Below, piece after piece: positions 23,222-35,459 of a DNA stretch of 64,000 nt. The position numbers were made by a program, and so were the translations under genes. The stretch lies in contig JANLSU010000014.1 of assembly GCA_031362565.1 (NCBI GenBank), positions 60,578 through 124,577 of the forward strand, given 5' to 3'. Position 1 is the stretch's first letter. Each line of letters opens with the position of its first letter. Under the pieces are notes generated by a model that did not search any database, was not told where the DNA came from, and saw only the letters and a program-made list of their open reading frames with translations. The stretch is from a bacterium. Lineage in GTDB: Bacteria > Krumholzibacteriota > Krumholzibacteriia > G020349025.

Positions 23222-23286
23222 GGCGCGCCGGGCCGGCATGCGGGACGCCTTGGGATGATCGCGCGGCTTGTGCTACTTTGTGAGAT

Positions 23287-25115
<1,829 letters not shown>

Positions 25116-25119
<4 letters not shown>

Positions 25120-26033
25120 AGCCGGCCGCGGCGATCCTCTGCGGTCCGACGGCCACGGGTAAGACCGCACTCGCGGTCCAGATCGCAGCCCGCGTCCCGG
25201 TCGAGGTCATCTCCGCCGATTCGCGCCAAGTGTACCGGCACTTGGATATCGGCACCGCCAAGCCCACCGCTGGGGAACGCGCCGCCGTCCCACACCATTT
25301 GATCGATTTCCTGGCGCTGGATGGCGCTTACAACGCGGCGCGTTTCGCCGCCGATGCGCGGGCGCTCATGGCCGAGATTCGCGCCCGCGGCCGGGTGCCG
25401 CTCGTGGTCGGCGGGGCGGGTTTTTATCTGCGCGTTCTCGAAGCGGGCCTCTTCGATGCACCCTATGAGCCCGAAACGCTCCAGCGCGTGCGCGCCGAGT
25501 TGGCAACGTGGCCCACGGACGCCATCGGCGCCGAACTTGAGCGGCTCGATCCCGAACGTCGCGCCACCCTGCATCCGAACGACCGACAGCGCTTGGCGCG
25601 GGCCCTCGAAATCTGCATCGCGTCGGGCCGCACGGTCACCGCACTCACGGCGGCGCGCCACGTTCCGGAGGAGCATTTCGTGCGTTTCCGGCTCACCGTC
25701 GAGCGCCCGGAACTGCATCGGCGCATCGCGGCCCGAACCGCGGCACTCTTCGATGCGGGCTGGATCGCGGAGGTCGAAGCGTTGATCCAAAGCGGCGTCG
25801 ACCCGGAGAGCCCGGCACTCGCGACCCTCGGCTATCCACATGTCGTGGCGGTGGTGCGCGGCGCGTTGCAACGCGATGCAGCGCTGGAGCTGGTGATGCG
25901 CGACACGCGGCGTTTCGCACGCCATCAGGAGACCTGGTTTCGCAAGCTCGCCGACGCAAGCCTGATCGCGCCCGGCGACGACCGGACCCCCGACATGGTG
26001 GCGGCGCGCTTGCGGCGTGAATTCGGCGTCTGA
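25116..26033 (+). CDS. miaA: tRNA dimethylallyltransferase
   Basis: GPTATGKT, DSRQVYR, DIGTAKP, HPND..R; GTGA overlap with mutL. Confidence 0.95.
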
Positions 26034-26040
26034 GCAACGC

Positions 26041-26069
26041 TTGACGCTCCGCGGGCGCGATGCTAGCGT
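26041..26069 (+). promoter_or_regulatory. Putative sigma70 promoter of tRNA-Gly
   Basis: TTGACG-N17-TAGCGT with TG extended -10. Confidence 0.5.
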
Positions 26070-26083
26070 GCCCAGCGAGTGAT

Positions 26084-26159
26084 GCGGGTGTAGCTCAGTT
26101 GGTAGAGCATCAGCTTCCCAAGCTGAGGGTCGTGGGTTCGAAACCCATCACCCGCTCCA
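26084..26159 (+). tRNA. tRNA-Gly (CCC)
   Basis: Cloverleaf; anticodon arm TCAGC-TTCCCAA-GCTGA; GGTTCGAAACCC; CCA end. Confidence 0.96.
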
Positions 26160-26188
26160 CTCGTCGAGGCCGGTTCGCCGGCCTCGAC

Positions 26189-27121
26189 TCATTTCCGCCG
26201 TGGCGGGCGCTCTGGAGCGGGCCGCCGGCGCACGGGCGCCGGTTTGCGGCGCTGGGCGTGAAAGTCACGAATGATCTTCCAGGCCTCGTCGGCCGTTTCC
26301 GCGTAGCGCACGAGGCCGAGATCCTGGTCGGCGATCGTGCCCTCGTCGGCGAGATACTGCAGATCGAGCGCCCCCTGCCAAAACTCGCGTCCAAACAGAA
26401 TCACCGGCATAACGCGCGTCTTCCCGGTCTGCATGAGCGTCAGTGCCTCGAAGAGTTCGTCGAGCGTGCCGTAGCCGCCCGGAAACGCGACCAGCGCCTG
26501 GGCGCGCAACAGGAAATGCATTTTGCGGACCGCGAAGTAATGAAATTGAAAGCACAGTTCGGGCGTGATGTACGAGTTGGGTGCTTGCTCCATGGGCAGG
26601 GTGATGTTGAGCCCAATGCTCGGCTCACCGACGTCGAATGCGCCGCGGTTGGCGGCTTCCATGATCCCAGGGCCGCCGCCGGTGACGATCACGTAGTCGG
26701 TTTCACCGCGCTTGCGGGATTCGGAGACCAAGCGGCCGAACTCGCGCGCTTCGTCGTAGTAACGCGCTTTGGCGAGAACCCGCCGCGCCACCGCCAGCCG
26801 GCGCGTCAGCCCCGGATCGGCAGGCCGCGACTGGAACTCGGCCTCCAGGGACGCGACGCGGCCGCGGGCCACCGCCGGTTCGATGATGCGCGTGCCGCCA
26901 AACGCCACGATGGTGAAACGGATCTGGTGGTGCCGGAGGATCATCTCGGGTTTTTGCAACTCGAGCTGCAGGCGGAGCGGCCGCTGGTCGTGCTGCATGA
27001 TGAACTCGTGATCCTCGAATGCCAGGCTGTACGCCGGCGATTCGACGATCGCCTGAATGCGGGTCGCGGCCGCCGCCGGCGCATCCGGATCCGTGCCACC
27101 CTGACGCTTACGGGAACTCAT
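26189..27121 (-). CDS. LOG-family (TIGR00730-like) nucleotide phosphoribohydrolase
   Basis: TGGGPGIMEAANRGA, IGLNITLP, PGGYGTLDE. Confidence 0.88.
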   Translation of the reverse strand: MSSRKRQGGTDPDAPAAAATRIQAIVESPAYSLAFEDHEFIMQHDQRPLRLQLELQKPEMILRHHQIRFTIVAFGGTRIIEPAVARGRVASLEAEFQSRPADPGLTRRLAVARRVLAKARYYDEAREFGRLVSESRKRGETDYVIVTGGGPGIMEAANRGAFDVGEPSIGLNITLPMEQAPNSYITPELCFQFHYFAVRKMHFLLRAQALVAFPGGYGTLDELFEALTLMQTGKTRVMPVILFGREFWQGALDLQYLADEGTIADQDLGLVRYAETADEAWKIIRDFHAQRRKPAPVRRRPAPERPPRRK

Positions 27122-27150
27122 CCTCGGTCCTTTCGTCCTGGCCTCGTGGG

Positions 27151-28536
27151 TCACAATTCGATGCGCTGGCGATAGGCCGGCGCGATCACATTCCAGCCGC
27201 GCTTGGTGTGCAACGTGTCGGTGAGCGCGGCGGCCGCGCCCGGTTCGCCGTGCGTCACGAACACCTGGCGCGGCGCCGGCTCGACGTCGTGCAGCCAGCG
27301 CACGAGTTCGTCGCGGTCGGCATGTCCCGACAAATGTCCCAAGTCGACGACCTCGGCGCGCACCGGAATCTCCTGCCCGTACAAGCGCACGGTTGGGGCG
27401 CCCTCCTGCAGCGCCCGGCCGCGCGTGCCGACGGCCTGATAGCCGACGAGGGCGATCATATGGCGCGGATCGGGCGCCACCCATTCCAAGTGGTGCAGGA
27501 CACGCCCGCCGGTCAGCATGCCGCTCGACGAGAGGAGCAGTGCGGGGCCGTGCATGTTGTTCAAGCGCTTCGATTCTTGTGCGGTGCGGCACAAATGCAC
27601 GTTCGGCCCGTAGAGCACGCACGACGGCCCGGTCAAGTCCTCGGCCGGAATGCCGTGCAGTTCCGGGTACTTGCAGTAGATCGCCGTCGCGTCCACCGCC
27701 ATCGGGCTATCGAGATAGATCGGGAATTCGGGCAATGCCCCGGTGCGAATGAGTTCGCGGGCAAGGTAAATGATCTGTTGGGCGCGCCCGACGGCGAAGG
27801 CCGGCACGAGCAGTACGGCGCGTTTCTCGAGCATGCGCTGCAGAACGTGGCGCAACGCATCGAGCGGTTCGCCCGGCGGATGGAGCCGGTCGCCATACGT
27901 CGACTCGACCAACATCACATCGGGATTGCCCGGTGCTTCGGGGTCGGCGACGAGCGGCATGCCGTTGCGGCCGACATCGCCGCTGAACAGCACGTGCAGT
28001 TCGCGGCCGGCATCCCGTGCCACGACGTCGATCATCGCCGAGCCCAAGAGATGCCCGGCGTCGCGGAACCGGGCGCGGAACTGCGGCGACACATCGAACC
28101 ACTCGCCGTACTTCTTGGTCTGCATGCGCTCCAGGAGCTGGTCGACGTCGTGCCGGTCGTAGAGCGGCAACGCCGGCGTGTGCTTGGAGAGACCCTTCGT
28201 GTTGAAAAACGCCGCGTCCTCTTCCTGCAAATGCGCCGAGTCATGCAAGAGAATGCGCGTCAAATCGAGGGTCGGCGGCGTGCAGAATACGGTGCCCGTG
28301 AAGCCGAGCTTCGCGAGGCGCGGCAGGAAGCCGCTGTGATCGATGTGGGCATGGGTCAGCAGCACCCAACGCAGCGCCTTCACATCGAAGGGGGGTTGGT
28401 CCCAGTTGCGCAGCCGCAATTCCTTGAGGCCCTGAAAGAGCCCGCAGTCGACCAGCAGTTGCTCGCCGCCCGCTTCGAGCAGATGTTTGGATCCAGTGAC
28501 GCTGCCGGCGCCGCCGCAAAATGTAAGCGCGATCAC
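27151..28536 (-). CDS. MBL-fold/beta-CASP metallo-hydrolase (RNA-processing type)
   Basis: VTGSKH, DCGLFQG, THAHIDHSG, AGHLLGS, ESTYG, SGHAD, VTHGE; GTG start after AAGGAGG. Confidence 0.9.
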   Translation of the reverse strand: MIALTFCGGAGSVTGSKHLLEAGGEQLLVDCGLFQGLKELRLRNWDQPPFDVKALRWVLLTHAHIDHSGFLPRLAKLGFTGTVFCTPPTLDLTRILLHDSAHLQEEDAAFFNTKGLSKHTPALPLYDRHDVDQLLERMQTKKYGEWFDVSPQFRARFRDAGHLLGSAMIDVVARDAGRELHVLFSGDVGRNGMPLVADPEAPGNPDVMLVESTYGDRLHPPGEPLDALRHVLQRMLEKRAVLLVPAFAVGRAQQIIYLARELIRTGALPEFPIYLDSPMAVDATAIYCKYPELHGIPAEDLTGPSCVLYGPNVHLCRTAQESKRLNNMHGPALLLSSSGMLTGGRVLHHLEWVAPDPRHMIALVGYQAVGTRGRALQEGAPTVRLYGQEIPVRAEVVDLGHLSGHADRDELVRWLHDVEPAPRQVFVTHGEPGAAAALTDTLHTKRGWNVIAPAYRQRIEL

Positions 28537-28888
28537 GCGTGCCTCCTTCGTCGGAACGCACGCAGAATCGCAGATCGCACCGCACGAGGAAAGCGGGGGC
28601 GAAAGCGAGAGAGAGCCGGCCGAACGCGTGCCGGATCGAAGGGAACGCCCGGCCGGCCCAGAAAGCGCCCGCTTCACTGCACCGTCGCTTTGCAACGAGC
28701 CACGGCAAACATGCGAGGCGGATCGCGGTTGGAGGGGGAGAGCGGGCGCGCCAACCTCCGCGGCCCCGCCCCTCTGACACCGGCACCGAAACGGGCCTGC
28801 CACGGCGTGGCGGCAGCACCGCGTCTCGTCCTGGGCGGAAAGGTAAGAAAGGCGGTGCGCCGCCGCAAGGACGCGCCGGCCAAGGGGG

Positions 28889-29986
28889 CTAGTAGCCCGG
28901 GAGCGCCACCCAGGCACCGCTCTGGTGCGACTGGCGAACGGCGTCCAGCACGTCCTGGACCGCCTGGCCGTCCGCGAAGGTCGCAGCGCTCGCCGGCGGC
29001 TCGTGGCCCGCTTCGATGGCCTGCACGAGGGCCCGGGCTGAATGGACGAAGGCCAGTGCCCAGGGCGAGTCCGGAAGGATCTGGCGCACCTCGGCCGCCA
29101 AGGGGTCGGGCTCGCTCAACAAATCGAATGGCGCGTCGGGGGCCGACGGATCCCGCCGGCTGCCCCAAAGGCGCATTTCCGTGTCGAGCTTCAAGGCGCC
29201 TTCGGTGCCCTGAATGACGACATGAAATCCTTCGCCGCGATGCGCAACCGCCGACAAGTTGATGACGATCTGCAGTGCATGCGGGCCAGAGGTGCAGAGC
29301 CAGAATGCCGCCCAGTCATCGGCATCGACGGCGCGCGGCCGCAGCTCGCCGGCCGCGGCGCGCTCGGGCACGAAGGTGCGCAGCACGCCGGCGGCGGCGG
29401 CAATGTCTCCGAACAGCCACCGGAAGAGATCGACGGCATGCGAGCCAAAGGCACCGAGCGCACCACCGCCGCGCTGGCGTTCTTGCCACCAGCTATGCGG
29501 CCGGGAATGGTCGAGCCAACGCGGCGTCGCAAGATCCCACTGTGCATAGAGCGGCGTTCCCACGAACCCATCGGCAATCAAGCGCCGCAGGCGAACGACA
29601 CTGGGCGCGAAGCGCAATTGATGATCGATGAGCGCAAAGCCCCGGGCGGCGCGCGCCGCCGCCGTCATCACCGCCGCCTCACCGGCATCGAGAGCCATGG
29701 GTTTTTCGCACAGCACATGCTTGCCGGCCGCGAGTGCCGCGAGCGCGAGCGTCCGATGCGTGTCGGGCGGCGTGGAAATACAGATGAGGTCGATGGCGGC
29801 ATCGCTCAGCACGGCCTCGAGCTGGGTCGATGATCGCGCGATGCCGTGACGGCGTGCGAGCGCTTCGGTCCGCGCTGGGTCACGCCCCACCAAGGCACGG
29901 ATTTCGGCACCGGGAATGAGCCGGAAGGCCGGCAATTGCACATTGAGGGCAAATCCCGTTCCGACGAGCGCGATGCCGACCGCCAC
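28889..29986 (-). CDS. Gfo/Idh/MocA family oxidoreductase
   Basis: GKHVLCEKP; GGGALGAFGSHAVD. Confidence 0.9.
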   Translation of the reverse strand: MAVGIALVGTGFALNVQLPAFRLIPGAEIRALVGRDPARTEALARRHGIARSSTQLEAVLSDAAIDLICISTPPDTHRTLALAALAAGKHVLCEKPMALDAGEAAVMTAAARAARGFALIDHQLRFAPSVVRLRRLIADGFVGTPLYAQWDLATPRWLDHSRPHSWWQERQRGGGALGAFGSHAVDLFRWLFGDIAAAAGVLRTFVPERAAAGELRPRAVDADDWAAFWLCTSGPHALQIVINLSAVAHRGEGFHVVIQGTEGALKLDTEMRLWGSRRDPSAPDAPFDLLSEPDPLAAEVRQILPDSPWALAFVHSARALVQAIEAGHEPPASAATFADGQAVQDVLDAVRQSHQSGAWVALPGY

Positions 29987-30085
29987 GATTCCGCCTCCAG
30001 TCCCGCGGCCAGTCTAGTCCGAACGGCCGGGCCCTGGCGAGTGCGTCGAGCGGCGGGTATGCTCACGGTGATGGAGGTTCGAGTC

Positions 30086-30862
30086 ATGAAGTTGCCCGTG
30101 CCGGTCCTGGCGTTGGCGGTTGTCGCCGGTCTGCTGGCTCCGACAACCGCCGCTGCCACCGCGCCCACCGAGCCGACCCGCATCGAACTCAAAACCGCCG
30201 ACGGATTGACGATCGCCGGATTTTGGTTGGATTCACACATCGATAAGGGCCCGGCCCTGATCCTGCTGCACAACAGCGGCCGCGACCACTATCCGTATCG
30301 AGTCCTGTGGCAGTATTTGCTGCGGCAGGGTGTGAGCGTGCTGGCGATCGATTTTCGCGGTCACGGCGCGTCGCAACGGACCACCCCGGCCGCCTACGAG
30401 ATGCTCGTGACACGCGATCAGCGCGTCTATACGGATTTCATTCAGGATGCCCGCGCCGGTTTGGCGTTCCTGACCCGGGTGCACCACATCCCGCCGGAGA
30501 AGATCGGGGTGGTCGGCGGCGAGGTCGGTGCCACGGTGGGTTTCCAGTTGTGCGCCGAAAACCCAAAACTGCGCGGCTTGGTGGCATTGTCGCCGCTCTC
30601 GAACGCCTACGGATTGCCGACGCTCGAGTATGCGCGCCAGTTCGGCAAACGGCCGCTGCTCATCATCAGCGTCAAACGTCTGCTCGAAGAGGGCCCGCAG
30701 CCGATCGTCGACCTGCTGGGGAAGACCGCTACGGTGCGTCTCGAGGTCTACGCCGGCCTCGAGACGCGCGGCGTCGAGATGCTCGACCAGCCGGCCGCCG
30801 TCGAACGCTTCATTCTCGGCTGGGCCAAAGAGTGGCTGCAGGGCGGCCACCAGGCAAAATAG
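30086..30862 (+). CDS. Exported alpha/beta-hydrolase-fold protein
   Basis: Signal peptide; LILLH, IDFRGHG; nucleophile elbow reads GGEVG (no Ser). Confidence 0.75.
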   Translation: MKLPVPVLALAVVAGLLAPTTAAATAPTEPTRIELKTADGLTIAGFWLDSHIDKGPALILLHNSGRDHYPYRVLWQYLLRQGVSVLAIDFRGHGASQRTTPAAYEMLVTRDQRVYTDFIQDARAGLAFLTRVHHIPPEKIGVVGGEVGATVGFQLCAENPKLRGLVALSPLSNAYGLPTLEYARQFGKRPLLIISVKRLLEEGPQPIVDLLGKTATVRLEVYAGLETRGVEMLDQPAAVERFILGWAKEWLQGGHQAK

Positions 30863-31005
30863 GCGCAACCCCCATTGCGGCAACGGGTTCGACGTCCAGG
30901 CTCGAATTTTGCCCGAGCCTGGAACGAGCATTTGACCGCTAGTCGCCACTGTGATAAGAGATTCCGTGGTTCGTCTCAGATCGCCTGCGAAGGAAGGGCC
31001 CCTCG

Positions 31006-32382
31006 GTGCGGAAGCGTGTGACCGTGGCGATCGTCGGTCGCCCCAACGTCGGAAAATCGACGCTGTTCAATCGCGTCCTCCGGCGCCGCGAGGCGGTCGT
31101 CCATGACGAGCCCGGGGTGACGCGCGACCGCCACTACGGCCTGACCGACTGGGCGGGCCATCCCTTCTATGTCGTCGACACCGGCGGACTCGTGCCGGGG
31201 GCGCGCGACGGAATTCCGTCCCTGGTCCGCGAAAGCGCCCTGATCGCCATCACCGAGGCCGACGTGCTGGTACTCGTGACTGATGCGACCACCGGGGTCA
31301 CGACGCTCGACCAGGAAGTCGCCGAAATATTGCGGCGCAGCCGCAAGCCGGTCATTCTGGCGGTCAACAAGACCGAGGAGCCGAGCCGGGTGCTCGAAGC
31401 GAGCGAATTCTATGCGCTCGGGCTCGGCGACCCGATTCCGATCTCGGCGCTCCATGGCACGAGCACCGGTGATCTGCTCGATCGCATCGTCGCGGCCCTG
31501 CCCGACAACGGGCCCGAGCCCGAGAGTGATGCCGAGTTGCGCATTGCCATCGTCGGGCGCCCGAACGTCGGCAAGAGTTCACTGCTGAACGCGCTGGTGG
31601 GTGAGTCGCGGGCGCTCGTCAGCGAGGAACCCGGTACGACGCGCGACTCCATCGATTCACGCTTGCGCTGGCATGGGCATTCGATCGATCTCGTCGACAC
31701 GGCCGGCCTGCGGCGTCAGGCGCGGCGCAAGGACGCGGTGGATGTCTTCGCATCGATCCGCACCATGCGAAGCATCGAACGCTCCGATGTGTGTCTGCTG
31801 CTCCTCGACGCCAGCGAACCCATCAGCAATCAGGACACGCGCATCGGCGGCTATATCCACAAGGCCGGCAGGGGACTGGTCATTTGTTTCAACAAATGGG
31901 ATCTGGTCGAGAAGGACACCAAGACCGTCAACGAGTTCAAGCGCAACTTCGAACGCGATTTCGCTTTCGCGACCTATGCGCCGCAGATCTTCATCTCGGC
32001 ACTGACCGGAACGCGGGTGCACAAGCCGCTCGAGGTGGCCTGGATGGTGGGTGAAGCACGCGCCCAGCAAATCCCGACGCCGGTCCTGAACCGGGTGTTG
32101 CACGACGCCGTCAACCGCCGGCCGCCGCACTACCATAGCGGCGGCACCGGCACCGTGAAGTATGCCGTGCAGTCCGACACGCGGCCGCCGCGCTTCGCGG
32201 TCTTCGTCAACAACCCGACGTTCTTCGAACGATCTTATATTCGCTATCTGTCGAATGCGATGCGCGAAACGTTCGATTTTCCGGGCAGTGTCTTGAAGAT
32301 CGAATTGCGGCCGAGTCCGTCCAAGCGCCGTGGGGCGCCGGGGGCGCCCGGCACGGCAGTGGCAGAGGAAGAGGACGAATGA
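31006..32382 (+). CDS. der: Ribosome biogenesis GTPase Der
   Basis: Two GRPNVGKS G-domains; DTGG/DTAG; KH-like C-terminus. Confidence 0.96.
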   Translation: MRKRVTVAIVGRPNVGKSTLFNRVLRRREAVVHDEPGVTRDRHYGLTDWAGHPFYVVDTGGLVPGARDGIPSLVRESALIAITEADVLVLVTDATTGVTTLDQEVAEILRRSRKPVILAVNKTEEPSRVLEASEFYALGLGDPIPISALHGTSTGDLLDRIVAALPDNGPEPESDAELRIAIVGRPNVGKSSLLNALVGESRALVSEEPGTTRDSIDSRLRWHGHSIDLVDTAGLRRQARRKDAVDVFASIRTMRSIERSDVCLLLLDASEPISNQDTRIGGYIHKAGRGLVICFNKWDLVEKDTKTVNEFKRNFERDFAFATYAPQIFISALTGTRVHKPLEVAWMVGEARAQQIPTPVLNRVLHDAVNRRPPHYHSGGTGTVKYAVQSDTRPPRFAVFVNNPTFFERSYIRYLSNAMRETFDFPGSVLKIELRPSPSKRRGAPGAPGTAVAEEEDE

Positions 32383-33038
32383 TCACGCTCGCCGTCGTCG
32401 TGGTCGCGTCGTATCTCGTCGGGGCGGTGCCGTGGAGCTTGCTTCTGGTGCGCTGGGTCAAGGGCATCGATTTGCGCACCGTCGGCAGCGGCAATCTCGG
32501 CGCCACGAACACCTTTCGCGCTCTCGGAGCGGCCGGCGGACTCGTGGTGCTCGCACTCGACATTGCCAAGGGCTTCGTCGCGCCGGTGGTGATCGCCCGT
32601 TGGCGGATCGATGCACCGCCGGTGCCGGGCGATGTGCTGGCGCTCGCAGCCGGCATGGCTGCCATCTTGGGACACATGTTTCCGGTCTACACGCATTTCC
32701 GCGGCGGCAAGGGGATCGCAACGACGGCCGGCGTTTTCCTGGGGCTCGAACCGCGCGCCTGTCTAGTGGCGATCGGCGCCTTCGCGCTCGGCTTCGGAGT
32801 GTCGCGCGGCATCGTTTCGGTGGGCAGCTTGGCGGCAGCACTGGCGCTGCCGTTTGCGGTGTTCGCGATGGGGCAAAGGAGCGGTGCCACGGCCGCCGTG
32901 CATGTCGGAGTCGCAGCGGCGCTCGCGTTGCTCATTTGGACCAAGCACACGAGCAATCTCTCGCGCCTGGTGCGCGGCCAGGAAGCGAGCATCTTGCGGC
33001 GTCGCGGCGCCACGCCGGTACGAAGGACAGGACCATGA
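32379..33038 (+). CDS. plsY: Glycerol-3-phosphate acyltransferase PlsY
   Basis: GSGNLGATN, DIAKG, GHMFP, FRGGKGIAT. Confidence 0.95.
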   Translation: MITLAVVVVASYLVGAVPWSLLLVRWVKGIDLRTVGSGNLGATNTFRALGAAGGLVVLALDIAKGFVAPVVIARWRIDAPPVPGDVLALAAGMAAILGHMFPVYTHFRGGKGIATTAGVFLGLEPRACLVAIGAFALGFGVSRGIVSVGSLAAALALPFAVFAMGQRSGATAAVHVGVAAALALLIWTKHTSNLSRLVRGQEASILRRRGATPVRRTGP

Positions 33039-34057
33039 GCGGCATTGCGATCCTCGGTGCCGGCAGTTGGGGTACGGCTCTGGCCGTCAACTTGGGAGAG
33101 AGCGCGCCGGCTCTGTGGGATCACGACGAGGCGCGCGCCGTCGCCACCCAAACCTCGCGCGTCAACGGGCGCTATTTGCCCGACGTCCGCCTGCCGGACG
33201 GAGTGCGCGTCACCAGCCACTTGTCCTTGGCATTGCGCGGCGCCGATGTCGTGGTTTTCGCGACCCCATCGCACACCCTCCGCGAGGTCGCCCGCCGGGT
33301 CCGTGACGCGGCCGGATTCGATCCGCAACAGATTGTCGTCAACGTCGCGAAGGGCCTCGAGGAACATTCCGGCAAGCGTCTCTCGCAGGTTCTCGCCGAA
33401 GAGTTGCCGCAGCCGGCGAATCGCATCGTGTCACTCGTCGGCCCGAGCCATGCCGAAGAGGTGGCGCGGCGGATGCCGACCACCGTCGTCGCCGCTGGCA
33501 CCGACCCGGCGGTGTTGCAGCGCGTTCAGGAGCTCTTTTCGACCGACACGTTCCGCGTCTATACGAACGACGATGTGATCGGGGTGGAACTCGCCGTGGC
33601 GCTCAAGAACGTCATCGCCATCGCCGCCGGCATCGCCGACGGACTGGGGTTCGGCGACAACACCAAGGGCGCACTGCTGACCCGCGGGCTGGCGGAGATG
33701 GCGCGCCTCGGGGTCGCACTCGGGGCCCGCGCCGAAACGTTCGCCGGGCTGGCGGGACTCGGCGATCTGGTGACGACGGCGACCAGCCGTCACAGCCGCA
33801 ACCGCAACTTGGGCGAGGCGATCGCACGCGGCCGCTCGCTCGAAGACGCACGCCGCGATCTCGGAATGGTTGCGGAAGGCGTGCCGACGGCGCGCGCGGC
33901 CGTCGAGCTGGCTCGTGCCCGGCAACTCGAATTGCCTATTTCAGAGCAGGTGTACGCGGTTCTGTTCGAAAAGAAGGATCCGCGGCAGTCGATCCGTGAC
34001 TTGATGGTGCGTGCGCCCCGGGCCGAGGCCTGGAGCGACGCAAAAGGAGGATCATGA
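33035..34057 (+). CDS. gpsA: NAD(P)H-dependent glycerol-3-phosphate dehydrogenase
   Basis: GAGSWGTAL, GPSHAEEV, LKNVIAIAAG, GLGDL..T..S..SRN. Confidence 0.95.
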   Translation: MSGIAILGAGSWGTALAVNLGESAPALWDHDEARAVATQTSRVNGRYLPDVRLPDGVRVTSHLSLALRGADVVVFATPSHTLREVARRVRDAAGFDPQQIVVNVAKGLEEHSGKRLSQVLAEELPQPANRIVSLVGPSHAEEVARRMPTTVVAAGTDPAVLQRVQELFSTDTFRVYTNDDVIGVELAVALKNVIAIAAGIADGLGFGDNTKGALLTRGLAEMARLGVALGARAETFAGLAGLGDLVTTATSRHSRNRNLGEAIARGRSLEDARRDLGMVAEGVPTARAAVELARARQLELPISEQVYAVLFEKKDPRQSIRDLMVRAPRAEAWSDAKGGS

Positions 34058-34440
34058 CCGTCATCCCTCCCAAACTGTACTTCTCGATCAGCGAGGTCGC
34101 CGAGCTGACCGGTGTGAAGGCACACGTTTTGCGGTACTGGGAATCGGAATTCCAGGATTTGCATCCAAAGAAAAATCGCGCCGGAAACCGCAGCTATCGT
34201 GAAAAAGACATCCGGCTCGTGATGCTGATCCGCGACTTGCTCTACAAGCAGGGGTTCACGATTTCCGGGGCGCGATTGCAGCTCAAGGATCGCCTGCGCC
34301 GTGAGGAGCCTGGTCTGGAGGCGCAGGCGGCGATGCCGGGCTTGGATTTTCCGGCGGCGCCGGTCAGCGACGATCGATCACGCTCGGTGCTGCGTGCCAT
34401 GAAGCGCGAGCTTCAGGAATTGCGCAAGCGGCTAGACTGA
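34054..34440 (+). CDS. MerR-family transcriptional regulator
   Basis: YFSISEVA..HVLRYWESEF..GFTISGAR; precedes tRNA-Pro. Confidence 0.9.
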   Translation: MTVIPPKLYFSISEVAELTGVKAHVLRYWESEFQDLHPKKNRAGNRSYREKDIRLVMLIRDLLYKQGFTISGARLQLKDRLRREEPGLEAQAAMPGLDFPAAPVSDDRSRSVLRAMKRELQELRKRLD

Positions 34441-34472
34441 GCAGCGGCGTACTGGTAGGCTGCGCCAGCCTT

Positions 34473-34549
34473 CGGGGCGTAGCGCAGCCTGGTAGCGCAC
34501 CTGCATGGGGTGCAGGTGGTCGCTGGTTCAAATCCAGTCGCCCCGACCA
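34473..34549 (+). tRNA. tRNA-Pro (GGG)
   Basis: Cloverleaf; CCTGC-ATGGGGT-GCAGG anticodon arm; CCA end. Confidence 0.95.
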
Positions 34550-34595
34550 TTTGGCGGGAGCCCACCAAGGGCTCCCGCATTTGTTTTGGTACGCG

Positions 34596-35459
34596 TCAGA
34601 TCATGCGGCCGGCGAGGTGGCGCACGATGAGCGCGACGAAACTGCCCGAGGTGACGAGACCGAGCGTCAGTACGCGATCGTGATTGGCGATCGTGCGCGC
34701 CGGGTCGTAGTGACGCGACCACAGTGCGACGACGGCGCACAGCGCCAGCAACGCGACGACGAGGAAGATCGTTTCAGCAGTCGTGAACACGGTCTGCGCT
34801 GCCGGCAGAGCGGTAAGAAGCGCGAGCCCGAAACACGCGAGCGTCGTCCGGAATACAATGCGCGGCCCGAAGCGGGCGGCGAAACTCCGGTCACCGCGTG
34901 CCAGGTCTTCTTCGATCTGGAACACTTGCGTCAGCGGATACAACCCGGTCACGAGCAACGTCGCCGCCAGCCCGCCGCAGACGAGCGCGACATTGAATTG
35001 CGGCCAGCCCGCCGGCACCGCCACGACCGCGCCCGCCAAGAAACCCAACAGGCCCTGGCCAAAAGCCACGACGAGCAGGCTCGACGCCGGGCCGTTCTTG
35101 AGACGAACGCGTGGATGGGAGTACGCAATGCTGAGCAGCGCGATGGCGGCGTACACGAGGCTGAACGGCAGGCCGGCAAGGGGAGCCAGCAGCGCTCCGG
35201 CGGCCATAAAGCCGAGGCCGCCCCATAAACAGAAACGGCCCGCCGGCGGCGGGGCACGCAGCCCAGTCACCGGGCCTTTGTCTTGATCGTAGTACGAGTT
35301 GTAAGCCGTCGTGCCGCCGTACAACAAGAGGTGCAGCACCAGGAACGCGACGGCGGCGCGGCGATCCGGAACGCCACCGGCGAGCAGGAAAGCCCACAAG
35401 AAAATGCCCGAGAGAATCAGTTGGAACTGCAAGCGCAGGTGAATCAGAAAAGCAATCAC
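34596..35459 (-). CDS. UbiA-family prenyltransferase
   Basis: Multi-TM; NSYYDQD and QIEEDLARGD motifs; YSHP..RLK. Confidence 0.8.
   Translation of the reverse strand: MIAFLIHLRLQFQLILSGIFLWAFLLAGGVPDRRAAVAFLVLHLLLYGGTTAYNSYYDQDKGPVTGLRAPPPAGRFCLWGGLGFMAAGALLAPLAGLPFSLVYAAIALLSIAYSHPRVRLKNGPASSLLVVAFGQGLLGFLAGAVVAVPAGWPQFNVALVCGGLAATLLVTGLYPLTQVFQIEEDLARGDRSFAARFGPRIVFRTTLACFGLALLTALPAAQTVFTTAETIFLVVALLALCAVVALWSRHYDPARTIANHDRVLTLGLVTSGSFVALIVRHLAGRMI

Noticed and set aside
28540..28888. 350-nt intergenic region as possible ncRNA or riboswitch
   Set aside because: No recognisable conserved RNA motif by eye; needs an Rfam search
27019..29217. Long antisense/alternate-frame ORFs (here, and e.g. 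18226-20211, 40874-43282, 12234-13973)
   Set aside because: Shadow ORFs of real genes in high-GC DNA; Arg/Ala/Gly-rich with no motifs
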